A stretch of 64,000 nt of DNA from Candidatus Levyibacteriota bacterium. GTDB taxonomy: Bacteria; Patescibacteriota; Microgenomatia; Levybacterales; UBA12049. This document shows positions 1 through 8,912 of this stretch, piece by piece (position 1 is the first letter of the stretch; every line of letters begins with the position of its first letter). The notes beneath the pieces are model-generated. The model was not told the origin of the DNA, ran no database searches, and saw nothing but the letters and a program-made list of their open reading frames with translations. The position numbers were made by a program, and so were the translations under genes. The DNA lies in NCBI GenBank assembly GCA_016186625.1, contig JACPLG010000003.1, positions 98,576 to 162,575 of the forward strand, read 5' to 3'.

Positions 1-187
1 TCTATGAAGCATACAGAAATAAAAAGGATGCGAAAAGAAGAGAGTTATATTTAAAATCCAATCGCGGGAGAACTACTCTTATGACCATGCTAAAGGAGTA
101 CTTTAGCATGAGTCAGGTATAGAATTGTATCTGACAATGTTGAAAGAATATTTTGTCAAAAACAATAAGTAAACTGAGCAAAGCTAC

Positions 188-385
188 ATGGGAACAATTG
201 AGAGGGGCGAGCGCAACCCAACCCTTATGAAGGTTTACAACATCGCAAAAGCCCTCAATAGCTTATCAACCGTAGCCCCGCCTGCCGAAGCTATGCTTTG
301 CATTGCGGGCAGGGAAAATCGTCAGTTCGACAAGCTCACTGCTATAGCCCACGGGGGAGCAAAAGTTCTTGACAACCTTCCTTAG
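188..385 (+). CDS. hypothetical small protein; C-terminal part resembles the end of an XRE-type HTH domain; possible fragment
   Basis: ORF track 65 aa (ERNPTLMKVYNIAKALN motif); no clear RBS; at the window edge. Confidence 0.2.
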   Translation: MGTIERGERNPTLMKVYNIAKALNSLSTVAPPAEAMLCIAGRENRQFDKLTAIAHGGAKVLDNLP

Positions 386-440
386 TAGTGATAATATGCC
401 CCATAGTTCTTTTCTGCCCGATTCCTGCCCCTAAATTATC

Positions 441-674
441 ATGTTAGTTTGGCTTTTGGCTTTTTTAATTTTTGCTTTTGGTATTGCTGCCCCGACTTTT
501 GCCGCCTCCTATAATTCTGCCGGTGGTTTGGTTATTAATAAAGCAGCAATCAAAGCGGTTGACAATTCCCCGGTTTTAACTTCTTGTGAAGAAGACAAGC
601 GCTGTGACGAGCCCGAAGGTCCGGGTAAGTCCCAAGATGCCGGCCCGCCCGGCGGCGGCCCCGGCCCACATTGA
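441..674 (+). CDS. small membrane or secreted protein with hydrophobic N-terminus and Pro/Gly-rich C-terminus
   Basis: 77-aa ORF; N-terminal TM/signal-like MLVWLLAFLIFAFGIAAPTFAAS; low-complexity tail. Confidence 0.3.
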   Translation: MLVWLLAFLIFAFGIAAPTFAASYNSAGGLVINKAAIKAVDNSPVLTSCEEDKRCDEPEGPGKSQDAGPPGGGPGPH

Positions 675-792
675 AGTATTGACCCAGGATGGCTTGACAA
701 ACCTGATTTTATGGAGGATAATCCACGCAAACACTTTGGGAAAGCCCACCTTCGCATGAAGCTATGGTGGGTAAAGGAGGTGAAGAAAGAAA

Positions 793-1335
793 ATGATTAA
801 TAAAAAAATTTGGGCAGCAATAGGTGGCGCAGCACTTTTGGCAGCTGTTGCATTACCGGCACTGGCAGCAACCGACCAGGGCGTTACTGCGACGGTCACT
901 CCTCAGAATATTTCTATTATCGTTTCGCCTACGTCTGTTGACTATGGCACAGTCGCAGTCCCTTCAGTGGACCTCGTTCCTACGGGTGATACGATTATCG
1001 GTGCCACCAATGATGGAAACATTACAGAAACCTTTAACATTAAAGGTGCCAATGCTACTGGTACAACTAAAACATGGACTATCGTCGATGGAGCGCCAGG
1101 TGGAGCGGAGACATTTAATTACAACCACAAATACGCTGATTGTGGTGTTGGTGACTCAACTTGTACAACCCAAGATGCAGTTAACAACATGACCACCGGT
1201 TACGAAACCCTTGAAGCTGGTGTAGCAGCAGGATCTAGTGATTACTTTAGGTTGAGACTTAGCACACCGACTGAGACTGGCGGTGATACTAGCGAACACT
1301 CAACCACGGTTACTGTTCAGGCAGTGGCAACCTAA
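793..1335 (+). CDS. secreted protein with signal peptide, unknown function, upstream of subtilase
   Basis: Strong SD AAGGAGGTG 8 nt upstream of ATG; N-terminal signal peptide AALLAAVALPALAA; Thr/Gly-rich mature region. Confidence 0.6.
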   Translation: MINKKIWAAIGGAALLAAVALPALAATDQGVTATVTPQNISIIVSPTSVDYGTVAVPSVDLVPTGDTIIGATNDGNITETFNIKGANATGTTKTWTIVDGAPGGAETFNYNHKYADCGVGDSTCTTQDAVNNMTTGYETLEAGVAAGSSDYFRLRLSTPTETGGDTSEHSTTVTVQAVAT

Positions 1336-1446
1336 AGCGGTTGCGGGACGTACCATTCGGTACATCCTTAAAAGTTGCGGATTTGGGGAGGAAAAATCTA
1401 GGACGTCAGGCGTTCTTGTGATATAATTGCCGCGCTCAGGAGATTT

Positions 1447-3624
1447 ATGCGACCGCTTTTTGCTGTTCAGTTAACAATTTTCTTTCTTTTTATCGCCTTT
1501 TTTGTTCTTGCCCTGAGCATGTCGAATGGGTTTGCCCAGGAAAAGAGAGAGCCCCAAGTAACTGTCACTTCTGAATTTTTTCAAGCTCCTCAAAAATTTG
1601 ATAAAGTTGACCGCAATGCCAACAAGATTCTAGAAGACTTAGAAGAGTTGATCGGTCCCGCAACGCCCCAAGATCGTTTTGATGTTATTGTTATGGCAGA
1701 AAAATCAATTGATGAAATTTTGGGGAACCTAAAATCTCGCCATGGAGAATTTTCCGAAACTTTTACCTACCCTTCCATTAACGGTTTTGCCGCCAATTTA
1801 ACCAAAGGCCAAATTATCGCATTTTCCCAAGATCTCGATATTAAACAAGTTGAATTTGACGCGCCCGTCTACCCGCATCTTGATACTTCTCAACAATGGT
1901 TCGGCACTACCAAAGCCCGCAGTGATTTTGGCGTTGACGGAGATAAAGCCAACAATGGTGCAAAAACCTATTCCAAAGACGATATTGTGGTTGCCGTTTT
2001 GGACACCGGCATTGATCCCAACCATGTAGATTTGGGGCCGGGCAAGATAATCGGCTGGAAAGACATCAATAACAATCAGGCCGGGCCGTATGATGAAACA
2101 GGCGCCTGCGGCGGTCACGGAACCCATGTTTCCTCAATGGCCACGGGTGAAGGTGACGGAAACGCCAATCTTAAGGGAGTAGCTCCGGCTGCTGCTCTGG
2201 TTGGCATAAAAGTTTTAAGCGAGCGGTTTGTCCAGGGTGCGATTCGCTGTACTGCTAGCCTTTCCGAGGTTGTAGCCGGAGTCCAGTGGATGATTGATAA
2301 TAAAGCCACTTATGGAATTGAGGTTGGCAATATGAGCTTGGGGGCAGCCGGTTGTTCCGACGGCACGGATTCGCTTTCAACAATTGTCAACACTGCGGTG
2401 GACAACGGCATTGTGATGACTGTTTCTGCCGGCAATGAAGGACCCAAACCTTGTTCTATTGGTTCACCGGCGGCGGCCGAAAAAGCTATCACCGTTGGCG
2501 CCATGGCCGATGTTACTCCGGGAGCTTCCTTTGCCAATGCCTGCGGCGACAATGACCTGCCCAATGCCGGCTTTTATCTGGCTTGTTTTTCATCAAGAGG
2601 GTTAACCGCAGATGGCAGAATCAAACCCGACATCGCCTCACCCGGTGTTTTTATTCGGGCAGCCAAAGCCGGAACAACCAGCGATTATATTGTTTATTCC
2701 GGCACCAGCATGTCCTCCCCGTTTACGGCCGGAGTTGCCGCTTTGATGCTTGATGCCAACTCCGCACAAACCCCGGCTCAAATAAAACAGAAAATCGGCG
2801 ACACTGCCCTGGATTGGGGACCGGCCGGCAAGGATGTCGATTACGGCTCCGGCCGTCTTCAGGGGTATGAAGCCGTTAAATCAGCCGGTTCATTTTCCGG
2901 CACCGGCCCCAGCGTTCCTGCCCACTTTTTTAACCAAGGGACTATAACCGCTTCCGACCCCCAGGACATTTGGAGCATCAATGTTACCGACGCTTCGCTT
3001 CCTTTAGCCATTACCATGATCATGCCGGATTGGTCAGGTGCCAGAAATCCGGATTTTGATATGCAGCTGCGCGATCCGGACGGTAACTTAATTGCCACCT
3101 CGCTTAGTGCCACAAGACAGGAAACAATCGGAGTCCAGCCGGCAAAAACAGGTACCTATCAGTTAAGAGTTTATAGATACGCTGGATCAGGGTCTTATTT
3201 TTTCGATGTCTCCTTTGGCGAGGCGGCGGTGGCCATCTCTCTGACAACCGACGGAACGACTCCCTTTGGCATTTTGCCCCTTGGTGCAACCCGCGATACC
3301 ACGCCAACCGGCACCAATGATGTGCAGACAGTCCAAGTTGATACAGGCCCGGCTAATCTTTCTGTCCGCTCAACTGCTTTTTCAGATGGAGCCGATATTT
3401 GGACGCTTGGGGCTACAAATGGATCAAATCAGGTAAAATGGGAGTTTTCCAAAGACGCAGCTGCCTGGAACACTTTTTCTTCTGCCGACACTCTATTCAC
3501 TCTTGATAACAATGTTGCACAAGGCGCTACTCGTGACCTATACTTAAGATTAACCATGCCAACATCAACAGCATCTAATAATGAACACGCGGGAACTGTT
3601 ACAATAGTTGCAAGTTCACCCTAA
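1447..3624 (+). CDS. secreted subtilisin-like serine protease (peptidase S8) with C-terminal pre-peptidase (PPC) domain
   Basis: Catalytic triad motifs VAVLDTGID (Asp), HGTHVSSMATG (His), GTSMSSPFTAGVAAL (Ser); signal peptide; AGGAG SD; C-terminal QLRVYRYAGSGSYFFDVSF PPC-like region. Confidence 0.9.
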   Translation: MRPLFAVQLTIFFLFIAFFVLALSMSNGFAQEKREPQVTVTSEFFQAPQKFDKVDRNANKILEDLEELIGPATPQDRFDVIVMAEKSIDEILGNLKSRHGEFSETFTYPSINGFAANLTKGQIIAFSQDLDIKQVEFDAPVYPHLDTSQQWFGTTKARSDFGVDGDKANNGAKTYSKDDIVVAVLDTGIDPNHVDLGPGKIIGWKDINNNQAGPYDETGACGGHGTHVSSMATGEGDGNANLKGVAPAAALVGIKVLSERFVQGAIRCTASLSEVVAGVQWMIDNKATYGIEVGNMSLGAAGCSDGTDSLSTIVNTAVDNGIVMTVSAGNEGPKPCSIGSPAAAEKAITVGAMADVTPGASFANACGDNDLPNAGFYLACFSSRGLTADGRIKPDIASPGVFIRAAKAGTTSDYIVYSGTSMSSPFTAGVAALMLDANSAQTPAQIKQKIGDTALDWGPAGKDVDYGSGRLQGYEAVKSAGSFSGTGPSVPAHFFNQGTITASDPQDIWSINVTDASLPLAITMIMPDWSGARNPDFDMQLRDPDGNLIATSLSATRQETIGVQPAKTGTYQLRVYRYAGSGSYFFDVSFGEAAVAISLTTDGTTPFGILPLGATRDTTPTGTNDVQTVQVDTGPANLSVRSTAFSDGADIWTLGATNGSNQVKWEFSKDAAAWNTFSSADTLFTLDNNVAQGATRDLYLRLTMPTSTASNNEHAGTVTIVASSP

Positions 3625-3693
3625 ACCCATCGTGGTTTGGGGCTGCGCCGTAACCGTTAATAGCGCGGATTTTGCGGTTGCAGGGAGGTGATA

Positions 3694-4335
3694 ATGATGA
3701 GCAAAAAACTTTTGTCTATATTACTAATAATTTCAGCGGTTTTTGCGTTTACTTTTGCGAATTCCGCGGTTGCCAAGATTGGTGTGGGAGTCGGTTTGGG
3801 AAAAGTTCAAATTGATGAGAAGCTTTCTCCCGGCGGAATTTATAAATTGCCTACTCTTCCTGTTCTAAACACAGGCGATGAGGATGGAGATTACGAAGTT
3901 GAAGTTACTTATCTTTCCGACCAGCCGGAATTTCAGCCACCGGGTGAGTGGTTTACCTTCACTCCCCAAAGTTTTTCCCTTGATGCCGGCGGTTCACAAT
4001 TGGTTGAGGTATCATTAACTCTTCCGGTTGATGCCAGACCCGGCAATTATTTTGCTTTTTTGGAAGCCCATCCCAAGGCCAAGGGTGAAGGGGTGACTAT
4101 TGGCATTGCCGCTGCCACCAAGCTTAATTTTACAGTTAAGCCTGCCGGTGTATTGGGCGCTGCTATTGAGAGGCTGAGAAGCCTTCTTGAAAACAACGCT
4201 CCTTTCTCTTATATTATTATTGCCGTTGTTGGTGGTGTTTTAGTTCTAAGTTTATTGGTAGTAGTCGGCAGGAAATATTTAGCGGTGCAAATTCGCTTCA
4301 AAGGTAAGTCCGCTAAAAATAAGGAGGGAGGCTAA
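3694..4335 (+). CDS. cell-surface protein: signal peptide plus C-terminal TM anchor with basic tail
   Basis: SD GGGAGGTG; ORF-track start is GTG 3688, ATG 3694 more likely; N-terminal signal; C-terminal IIIAVVGGVLVLSLLVVVGRKY...KGKSAKNKEGG. Confidence 0.6.
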   Translation: MMSKKLLSILLIISAVFAFTFANSAVAKIGVGVGLGKVQIDEKLSPGGIYKLPTLPVLNTGDEDGDYEVEVTYLSDQPEFQPPGEWFTFTPQSFSLDAGGSQLVEVSLTLPVDARPGNYFAFLEAHPKAKGEGVTIGIAAATKLNFTVKPAGVLGAAIERLRSLLENNAPFSYIIIAVVGGVLVLSLLVVVGRKYLAVQIRFKGKSAKNKEGG

Positions 4336-4337
4336 AG

Positions 4338-4799
4338 TTGAGAACATTGGGAATCATCGCTAGTGGTTTTTTACTGCTAGCGACCGCTTTGGGGCCGGTT
4401 CATGCCCAGGGCGGTACTGTTTCCGCTACTGTCAGGCCTAACCCGCTGACTGTTTCTGTTTCCGCTCCCGACCCTGTCACTGTTGGCCAGTGGTTTTATA
4501 TCAAAGCCGAAGTAACCAATTTAGGTAATCAGGCCATCACCAACACCGTGGTCACCATCAATACACCAGCTGGGATAATCGTCCGGGGACAGAAAAAAAT
4601 TAAGATTGGCGATCTTACCGGCAGCCAGACTCAAACAGTTACTTGGCTCGCCAAAGCCAATAGCTCCGGTACTTTTATCATTCAGGTTGAAGCAACGGGT
4701 GATTTGGCCGGTGAACAAATCTCTTCATCCGATTCTCTCAGCATCTCCGCCGTCAGTTCTCTTGCCGCTTTCCTGTTCCGGCTAATCTTTAATGTCTAA
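4338..4799 (+). CDS. secreted DUF11/CARDB-like repeat-domain protein
   Basis: TTG start with AAGGAGGGAGG SD; signal peptide; motif EVTNLGNQAITNTVVTINTPAG typical of DUF11/CARDB adhesin-like domains. Confidence 0.55.
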   Translation: MRTLGIIASGFLLLATALGPVHAQGGTVSATVRPNPLTVSVSAPDPVTVGQWFYIKAEVTNLGNQAITNTVVTINTPAGIIVRGQKKIKIGDLTGSQTQTVTWLAKANSSGTFIIQVEATGDLAGEQISSSDSLSISAVSSLAAFLFRLIFNV

Positions 4800-5160
4800 A
4801 GTGTTCATGAAGAAGGTTTTCATCACCGTCCTTGTAGCTATCGTGATTGCTTTTGGCGCCAGTCTCATCTTATTAAACCGTCAACCGCCAAAAGACGAAT
4901 CCTACGCCCATGCTCCCGATTATTCTTGGGTTACCGGACAACTTCAATATCAGGACATTGAGGGTGGTTTCTGGATAATACGTTTTGGCAGCAGGGATGC
5001 TCCCTACAATGGCCAATTCGTTTTAGGAAAAGACTCGCGTTTGCAAAATTTTAAAAATGGCGATTTGGTAAAAATTACAGGCAAAATATCGCAGGACCAA
5101 ATTAGCATTTATCAAGCCGGTACCATTTACACCCTTCAGTCTATCGAATTTCTCAAATAA
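4792..5160 (+). CDS. membrane-anchored hypothetical protein
   Basis: 122-aa ORF with N-terminal TM helix; 8-nt overlap with upstream gene (operon). Confidence 0.45.
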   Translation: MSKVFMKKVFITVLVAIVIAFGASLILLNRQPPKDESYAHAPDYSWVTGQLQYQDIEGGFWIIRFGSRDAPYNGQFVLGKDSRLQNFKNGDLVKITGKISQDQISIYQAGTIYTLQSIEFLK

Positions 5161-5214
5161 ATCCCCTTATCCCACACCAGTATGTGCAGACACATAGGGA
5201 TTCGGTGGCGATAA

Positions 5215-5511
5215 TTAACATTTTACCTTCCCACATTCCATGTGGGAATACATTTTTCGAAGCTCTTTTTTTGCTTTTTCTAAAATTTTCTTTCTTTCGG
5301 GCGCTAAATTTTTACCGGCGCGGTTAATATAAAAATTAAGCATACTCATGGCGGATTGAAAAGGAGAGGCTTTCCGTCTGGTACTGACATCTGCTGAACG
5401 CTTAAGGCTCAAAGCAATTTTTTTGGGATCATCCCAGGTAAAAACCCCCTCCTCTAAATCCAGTGCGATACTATGTTTGGTAACCTCTCCTGACCATTTC
5501 TTTTTACTCAT
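5215..5511 (-). CDS. DUF3175 family protein
   Basis: Pattern KKWSxEVTxHSxALDLE...SAMSMLNFYINRAGKNL matches DUF3175; C-terminal 8 residues are encoded by the hairpin repeat at 5228-5248. Confidence 0.6.
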   Translation of the reverse strand: MSKKKWSGEVTKHSIALDLEEGVFTWDDPKKIALSLKRSADVSTRRKASPFQSAMSMLNFYINRAGKNLAPERKKILEKAKKELRKMYSHMECGKVKC

Positions 5512-5543
5512 ATAAGATTTACAGTTTTATCTTTGGTAAATTT

Positions 5544-6194
5544 CTATTCTGTTATTATGCGGATTCTTGATGAGACAAGATTTGCCAAGACATTAAGCTG
5601 CGATTTCATTTGCACTTGATATAGTCTTGGGCCTCTATCATAAATTAGTGCCGGGGAGATAAACTGATATGTGTCCTTAGTTCCGTCTCTGGTTACTTCC
5701 GAATTCCAAACGGCGTAATTATCGGTTTTATTAAAAAGTCGGACAGATACCTTTCCATTTGCAGTAGGAACATTAATGAATGCTTCAAAATGTACCTCTT
5801 TAATATTTTCGTAGGCGGCTATATCTGCTGTAGTAAGCGCTCCTCCTACATCTGCCCAATCAAGTGATTGATTAGTTCCGGAGCCAATATTAATATAGTA
5901 TTCCTTGGAGTCTGTTTTTTTGTTTACCTCTGTGGTAACTGGTTTGGGTGTTGGAGTGGGAGATGGTGTGGCAGTTGGTTCTTGAGAGATTGAGGGAGTT
6001 GCATTAATTATTGTAGCCGGCTCGTGGCTTTTTTTTGATTGAAGAATGAGATAGAAGATTCCGGCAAGTGAGATTAAAATAATTATCGAGATTATGGCAA
6101 ATGCTACTGCTACCCTTTTCTCGTCCCTGTGAAGTTCCTCTTCTTCTTCGTGAAGTTCCTCAAGAATTGAAGAATTGCCTATTTCTTTTGTCAC
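5544..6194 (-). CDS. membrane-anchored hypothetical protein with Pro/Thr-rich linker
   Basis: 216-aa ORF; N-terminal acidic region, one TM, PTPTPKP linker, extracytoplasmic domain. Confidence 0.55.
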   Translation of the reverse strand: MTKEIGNSSILEELHEEEEELHRDEKRVAVAFAIISIIILISLAGIFYLILQSKKSHEPATIINATPSISQEPTATPSPTPTPKPVTTEVNKKTDSKEYYINIGSGTNQSLDWADVGGALTTADIAAYENIKEVHFEAFINVPTANGKVSVRLFNKTDNYAVWNSEVTRDGTKDTYQFISPALIYDRGPRLYQVQMKSQLNVLANLVSSRIRIITE

Positions 6195-6249
6195 TTTTTA
6201 AGCTTATAAAAGAATTTTTAAAAAGTAAAGAATCCCCTCCGAAAACGGA

Positions 6250-6357
6250 GTGCTATAATTGCCCCAATGAATGATAGAATCTTGCTTCCCACATTCCAAG
6301 TGGGAAGGTACATTCAGACACCAAAAACCCTAAGCACAACTCTGCTACAATTGCCCC
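6250..6357 (+). repeat. ~110-bp interspersed repeat, copy 1: promoter-like motif at both ends, central hairpin CTTCCCACATTCCAAGTGGGAAG, embedded short ORF
   Basis: Near-identical to 12758-12865 (a few mismatches); hairpin at 6285-6307. Confidence 0.8.
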
Positions 6358-6435
6358 AATTTTCTTGTTGACAATATTTTTCTTTGGGAGTATGTTGCAA
6401 ATACAACCTATACAAGAAAGGGGGTGAAGAAATAA

Positions 6436-7197
6436 ATGGGTATTTCACAAACAAAGTGGACTTTGGGAATTGTTGCCATAGTAATAATTGCCGTTGCAGC
6501 AATTTTTGTCTACCAATCCAAAGTAAGTAACATTCCCTCAACTCAACCAACTTCGCAAGAGTCAACGACAATCGGTAAAATAACTGATATTACGTTTGTA
6601 AATCATATACAGGCAAAGCTACCTGAGCAGGACGTTTTCATTCAAAGTAAGGATGACTCTTCAAAGGTAATACGTGTTGAAGGCGAAACGGCAAGCGATC
6701 CATCAGTATTAGCTCAAACTGTCTATGCGACAGCTGTTGAAACACCGCATGACCCTTTTAAAGTGGGCGACAATCCCTTGGGGCCTTTTCAAAAAGGTGT
6801 TAATCTAGGATTCAACTTAGAAGACTGGCTGGCAGCAACGGGTAAAGGTACGTACAGTGTTGATGGCGATGATGCAGAGCTTTCTCTCTCATTTACAAAC
6901 CTTGTGCCAAATAGCACTTATACTGTTTGGTGTTCACGAATCACTTTCCCACCTACTCCAAATGTGGTGGACAGGCCATGTGGTGCAGCGGATGGCTCAG
7001 AGAATGTATTTACAACAGATGAGAATGGGAATGGTTTATTTTCAGTAAAAATGGAACCATTAGAACCAAGCACCAAAGAAACAGTATCGGCTATTGCACT
7101 TGCTTATCATAGTGATGGAAAAACATACGCGGAAAGTCCTGGCAATTTTGGACTTAACAGCCACGTACAGATTTTCTATCTTTTGCCGGCACAATAA
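6436..7197 (+). CDS. membrane-anchored hypothetical protein
   Basis: SD AAAGGGGGTGAAG; N-terminal TM; 253 aa. Confidence 0.6.
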   Translation: MGISQTKWTLGIVAIVIIAVAAIFVYQSKVSNIPSTQPTSQESTTIGKITDITFVNHIQAKLPEQDVFIQSKDDSSKVIRVEGETASDPSVLAQTVYATAVETPHDPFKVGDNPLGPFQKGVNLGFNLEDWLAATGKGTYSVDGDDAELSLSFTNLVPNSTYTVWCSRITFPPTPNVVDRPCGAADGSENVFTTDENGNGLFSVKMEPLEPSTKETVSAIALAYHSDGKTYAESPGNFGLNSHVQIFYLLPAQ

Positions 7198-7383
7198 TAG
7201 TTAGATAGATATCTGTCTCATACCTGTATGTTTATCTAGCCATATATTTTTTTGTGATAAAGTTGGTTACTTCCCTTGCCCTTCAGGGTGAAACCTTCAG
7301 GATGAATCCCTCGAAGTTCAGCATTGCATGAACGAAGTGGGGTGCTATAATTGCCCCAAAATTTTGCTATCCAAATTACATAG

Positions 7384-7758
7384 CTAATTTTTATTTAGTT
7401 TTTGTCTTTTAATACGAATGCCTGAGAGGGAAATTATAATCAAATTCCCTGAATAATCATTTTTCCTAAGTTTACTTAAGGCAGATTTTACAGCTTTATT
7501 AATGTAACCAGTAGAAAGTTCGTTTGGGAATCGTAGAATTACAATTCCACTATGAGACCCAAGCGGAAAGTTTAATATGTTTGAAAATCCTAAGTCAGCG
7601 GAAAATAAAACAGCTTTATTACCTTTGGCAAACTTAAATATTTCTATATCTGCCTTGCCTCTTAGGCCATGGTCTCTAACATCAAATACATTAAATCCTA
7701 GATTCGAGAGTACATTTGCTAAAGATTTGTGAAGATCCTCATCTATTAAGGCATTCAT
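7384..7758 (-). CDS. DUF5615-family (PIN-like) putative toxin
   Basis: Sequence pattern of DUF5615; 4-nt overlap with upstream DUF433 gene. Confidence 0.65.
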   Translation of the reverse strand: MNALIDEDLHKSLANVLSNLGFNVFDVRDHGLRGKADIEIFKFAKGNKAVLFSADLGFSNILNFPLGSHSGIVILRFPNELSTGYINKAVKSALSKLRKNDYSGNLIIISLSGIRIKRQKLNKN

Positions 7759-8012
7759 CTGAGGGCGACTTCTTCTTCCTCAACAAGTTTTGTGGCGTAC
7801 TTTAAAGCCGCTAAGACTTGCTGGCGAGTAAGTTCGTACTCTTTCATAACCTCATCTACGCTCATCCCTCCGGCAATTTTACCCACAACCACGTCAACCG
7901 GTACGCGCGTTTTTTCAATAATTGGTTTTCCAAAACGTACTTTTGGATCAACAATAATATGTGGAAAAATTTGCTTTTTCATACGACCACTAGTATAGCA
8001 TAACTTAATCAT
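7755..8012 (-). CDS. DUF433-family putative antitoxin
   Basis: IVDPKVRFGKPIIEKTRVPVDVVVGKIAGGMSVDEVMKEYELTRQQVLAALKYA is the canonical DUF433 pattern; start ATG 8012 is more plausible than ORF-track GTG 8036. Confidence 0.65.
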   Translation of the reverse strand: MIKLCYTSGRMKKQIFPHIIVDPKVRFGKPIIEKTRVPVDVVVGKIAGGMSVDEVMKEYELTRQQVLAALKYATKLVEEEEVALR

Positions 8013-8157
8013 GGTTTTTTCTTTGCATTTTTGCACTAGTTAAAATAACGACAGGTTTTCCTGATCGAGTGATTAAAACCTTTTTGTTTCCATAAAATAC
8101 CTCGTTTATTATTTCAGAAAAATTTTGTCGAGCCTGTTTTGCTGTTACCGTTTTCAC
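8005..8157 (-). CDS. Phd/YefM-like antitoxin N-terminal domain (50 aa), not in ORF track
   Basis: Manual translation VKTVTAKQARQNFSEIINEVFYGNKKVLITRSGKPVVILTSAKMQRKNHD parallels E. coli YefM (ARQNLS...ILITRQNG...VLMS); GTG start; its stop overlaps the ATG of the DUF433 gene (cATGATTAA). Confidence 0.5.
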   Translation of the reverse strand: MKTVTAKQARQNFSEIINEVFYGNKKVLITRSGKPVVILTSAKMQRKNHD

Positions 8158-8222
8158 ATCCTGATTTTATTTAACGCGATTACAAAAAAAGTTATAGAGT
8201 TATCTCTGCTATAATTGCCCCA

Positions 8223-8897
8223 ATGGATTTGGACAATAAAAGTGTGGTAATAGTTGGCGCCTCAAGCGGTTTGGGCAAAGCTTTGGCTAAACTTTTGTCC
8301 AAAGAGGGCACAAACTTATTTCTTATCTCAAGAAAAGTCGCCTTATCAAATATTCCCTCCGCTATAAAAATTGCTGCTGATGTAAGAAAAGCCGAAAATA
8401 TAAAAATAGCATTTGAGGAAATTGACAAACACACAGGTAGCATAGATCTTCTAATCAATTGTGCAGGCATAGGTCTTTTAAAAGATTTAAGGGAATCGAC
8501 AATAGAGGAAATAAATGATGTTATTGATACGGATTTAAAAGGGGCAATTTACGTAGCTCAGGAAGTTTATAAAAGAATGGCGGAGAAAGGATCGGGACAT
8601 ATCATAAATATTGTCTCTACTTCGGGACTCCGAGCCAGACCCATGGAGACAGTTTATTGCGCTGCAAAATGGGGACTTCGGGGATTTACAGAAAGTCTCC
8701 AAGTCGCTGGAGAAGAAACAGGAGTTAAGGTAACCGGAGTCTATCCGGGCGGAATGAAATCTGAAAATTTCTGGAAAATAACTCCAGGAAAAGATATAAG
8801 CGGCTTTATGGACCAAAATGAAGTCGCCCAAAAGATTATAGATTTAATCAAGGGGGATTACCAAAAAGAAGTAACAATAGAGCGTCCCAAAAAATAA
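8223..8897 (+). CDS. short-chain dehydrogenase/reductase (SDR) family oxidoreductase
   Basis: VVIVGASSGLGKA (TGxxxGxG), YCAAKWG (YxxxK); ATG 9 nt after TATAAT of the repeat motif. Confidence 0.85.
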   Translation: MDLDNKSVVIVGASSGLGKALAKLLSKEGTNLFLISRKVALSNIPSAIKIAADVRKAENIKIAFEEIDKHTGSIDLLINCAGIGLLKDLRESTIEEINDVIDTDLKGAIYVAQEVYKRMAEKGSGHIINIVSTSGLRARPMETVYCAAKWGLRGFTESLQVAGEETGVKVTGVYPGGMKSENFWKITPGKDISGFMDQNEVAQKIIDLIKGDYQKEVTIERPKK

Positions 8898-8906
8898 CTT
8901 CTCTGC

Positions 8907-8912
8907 TATAAT
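8907..8912 (+). promoter_or_regulatory. copy of TGCTATAATTGCCCC motif with no ORF downstream; candidate sRNA promoter
   Basis: Followed by ~110 nt of non-coding sequence ending in a perfect 10-bp palindrome TCAATGATTT/AAATCATTGA plus AGTTTT (9003-9028). Confidence 0.4.

Noticed and set aside
509-3307. Antisense and alternative-frame ORFs overlapping the secreted protein and subtilase genes (509-757, 824-1192, 1798-2127, 2115-2309, 2310-2564, 2859-3113, 3104-3307)
   Set aside because: They lie entirely inside a high-confidence S8 protease or the secreted-protein CDS, on the opposite strand or in another frame. They are typical spurious ORFs of GC-richer coding sequence.
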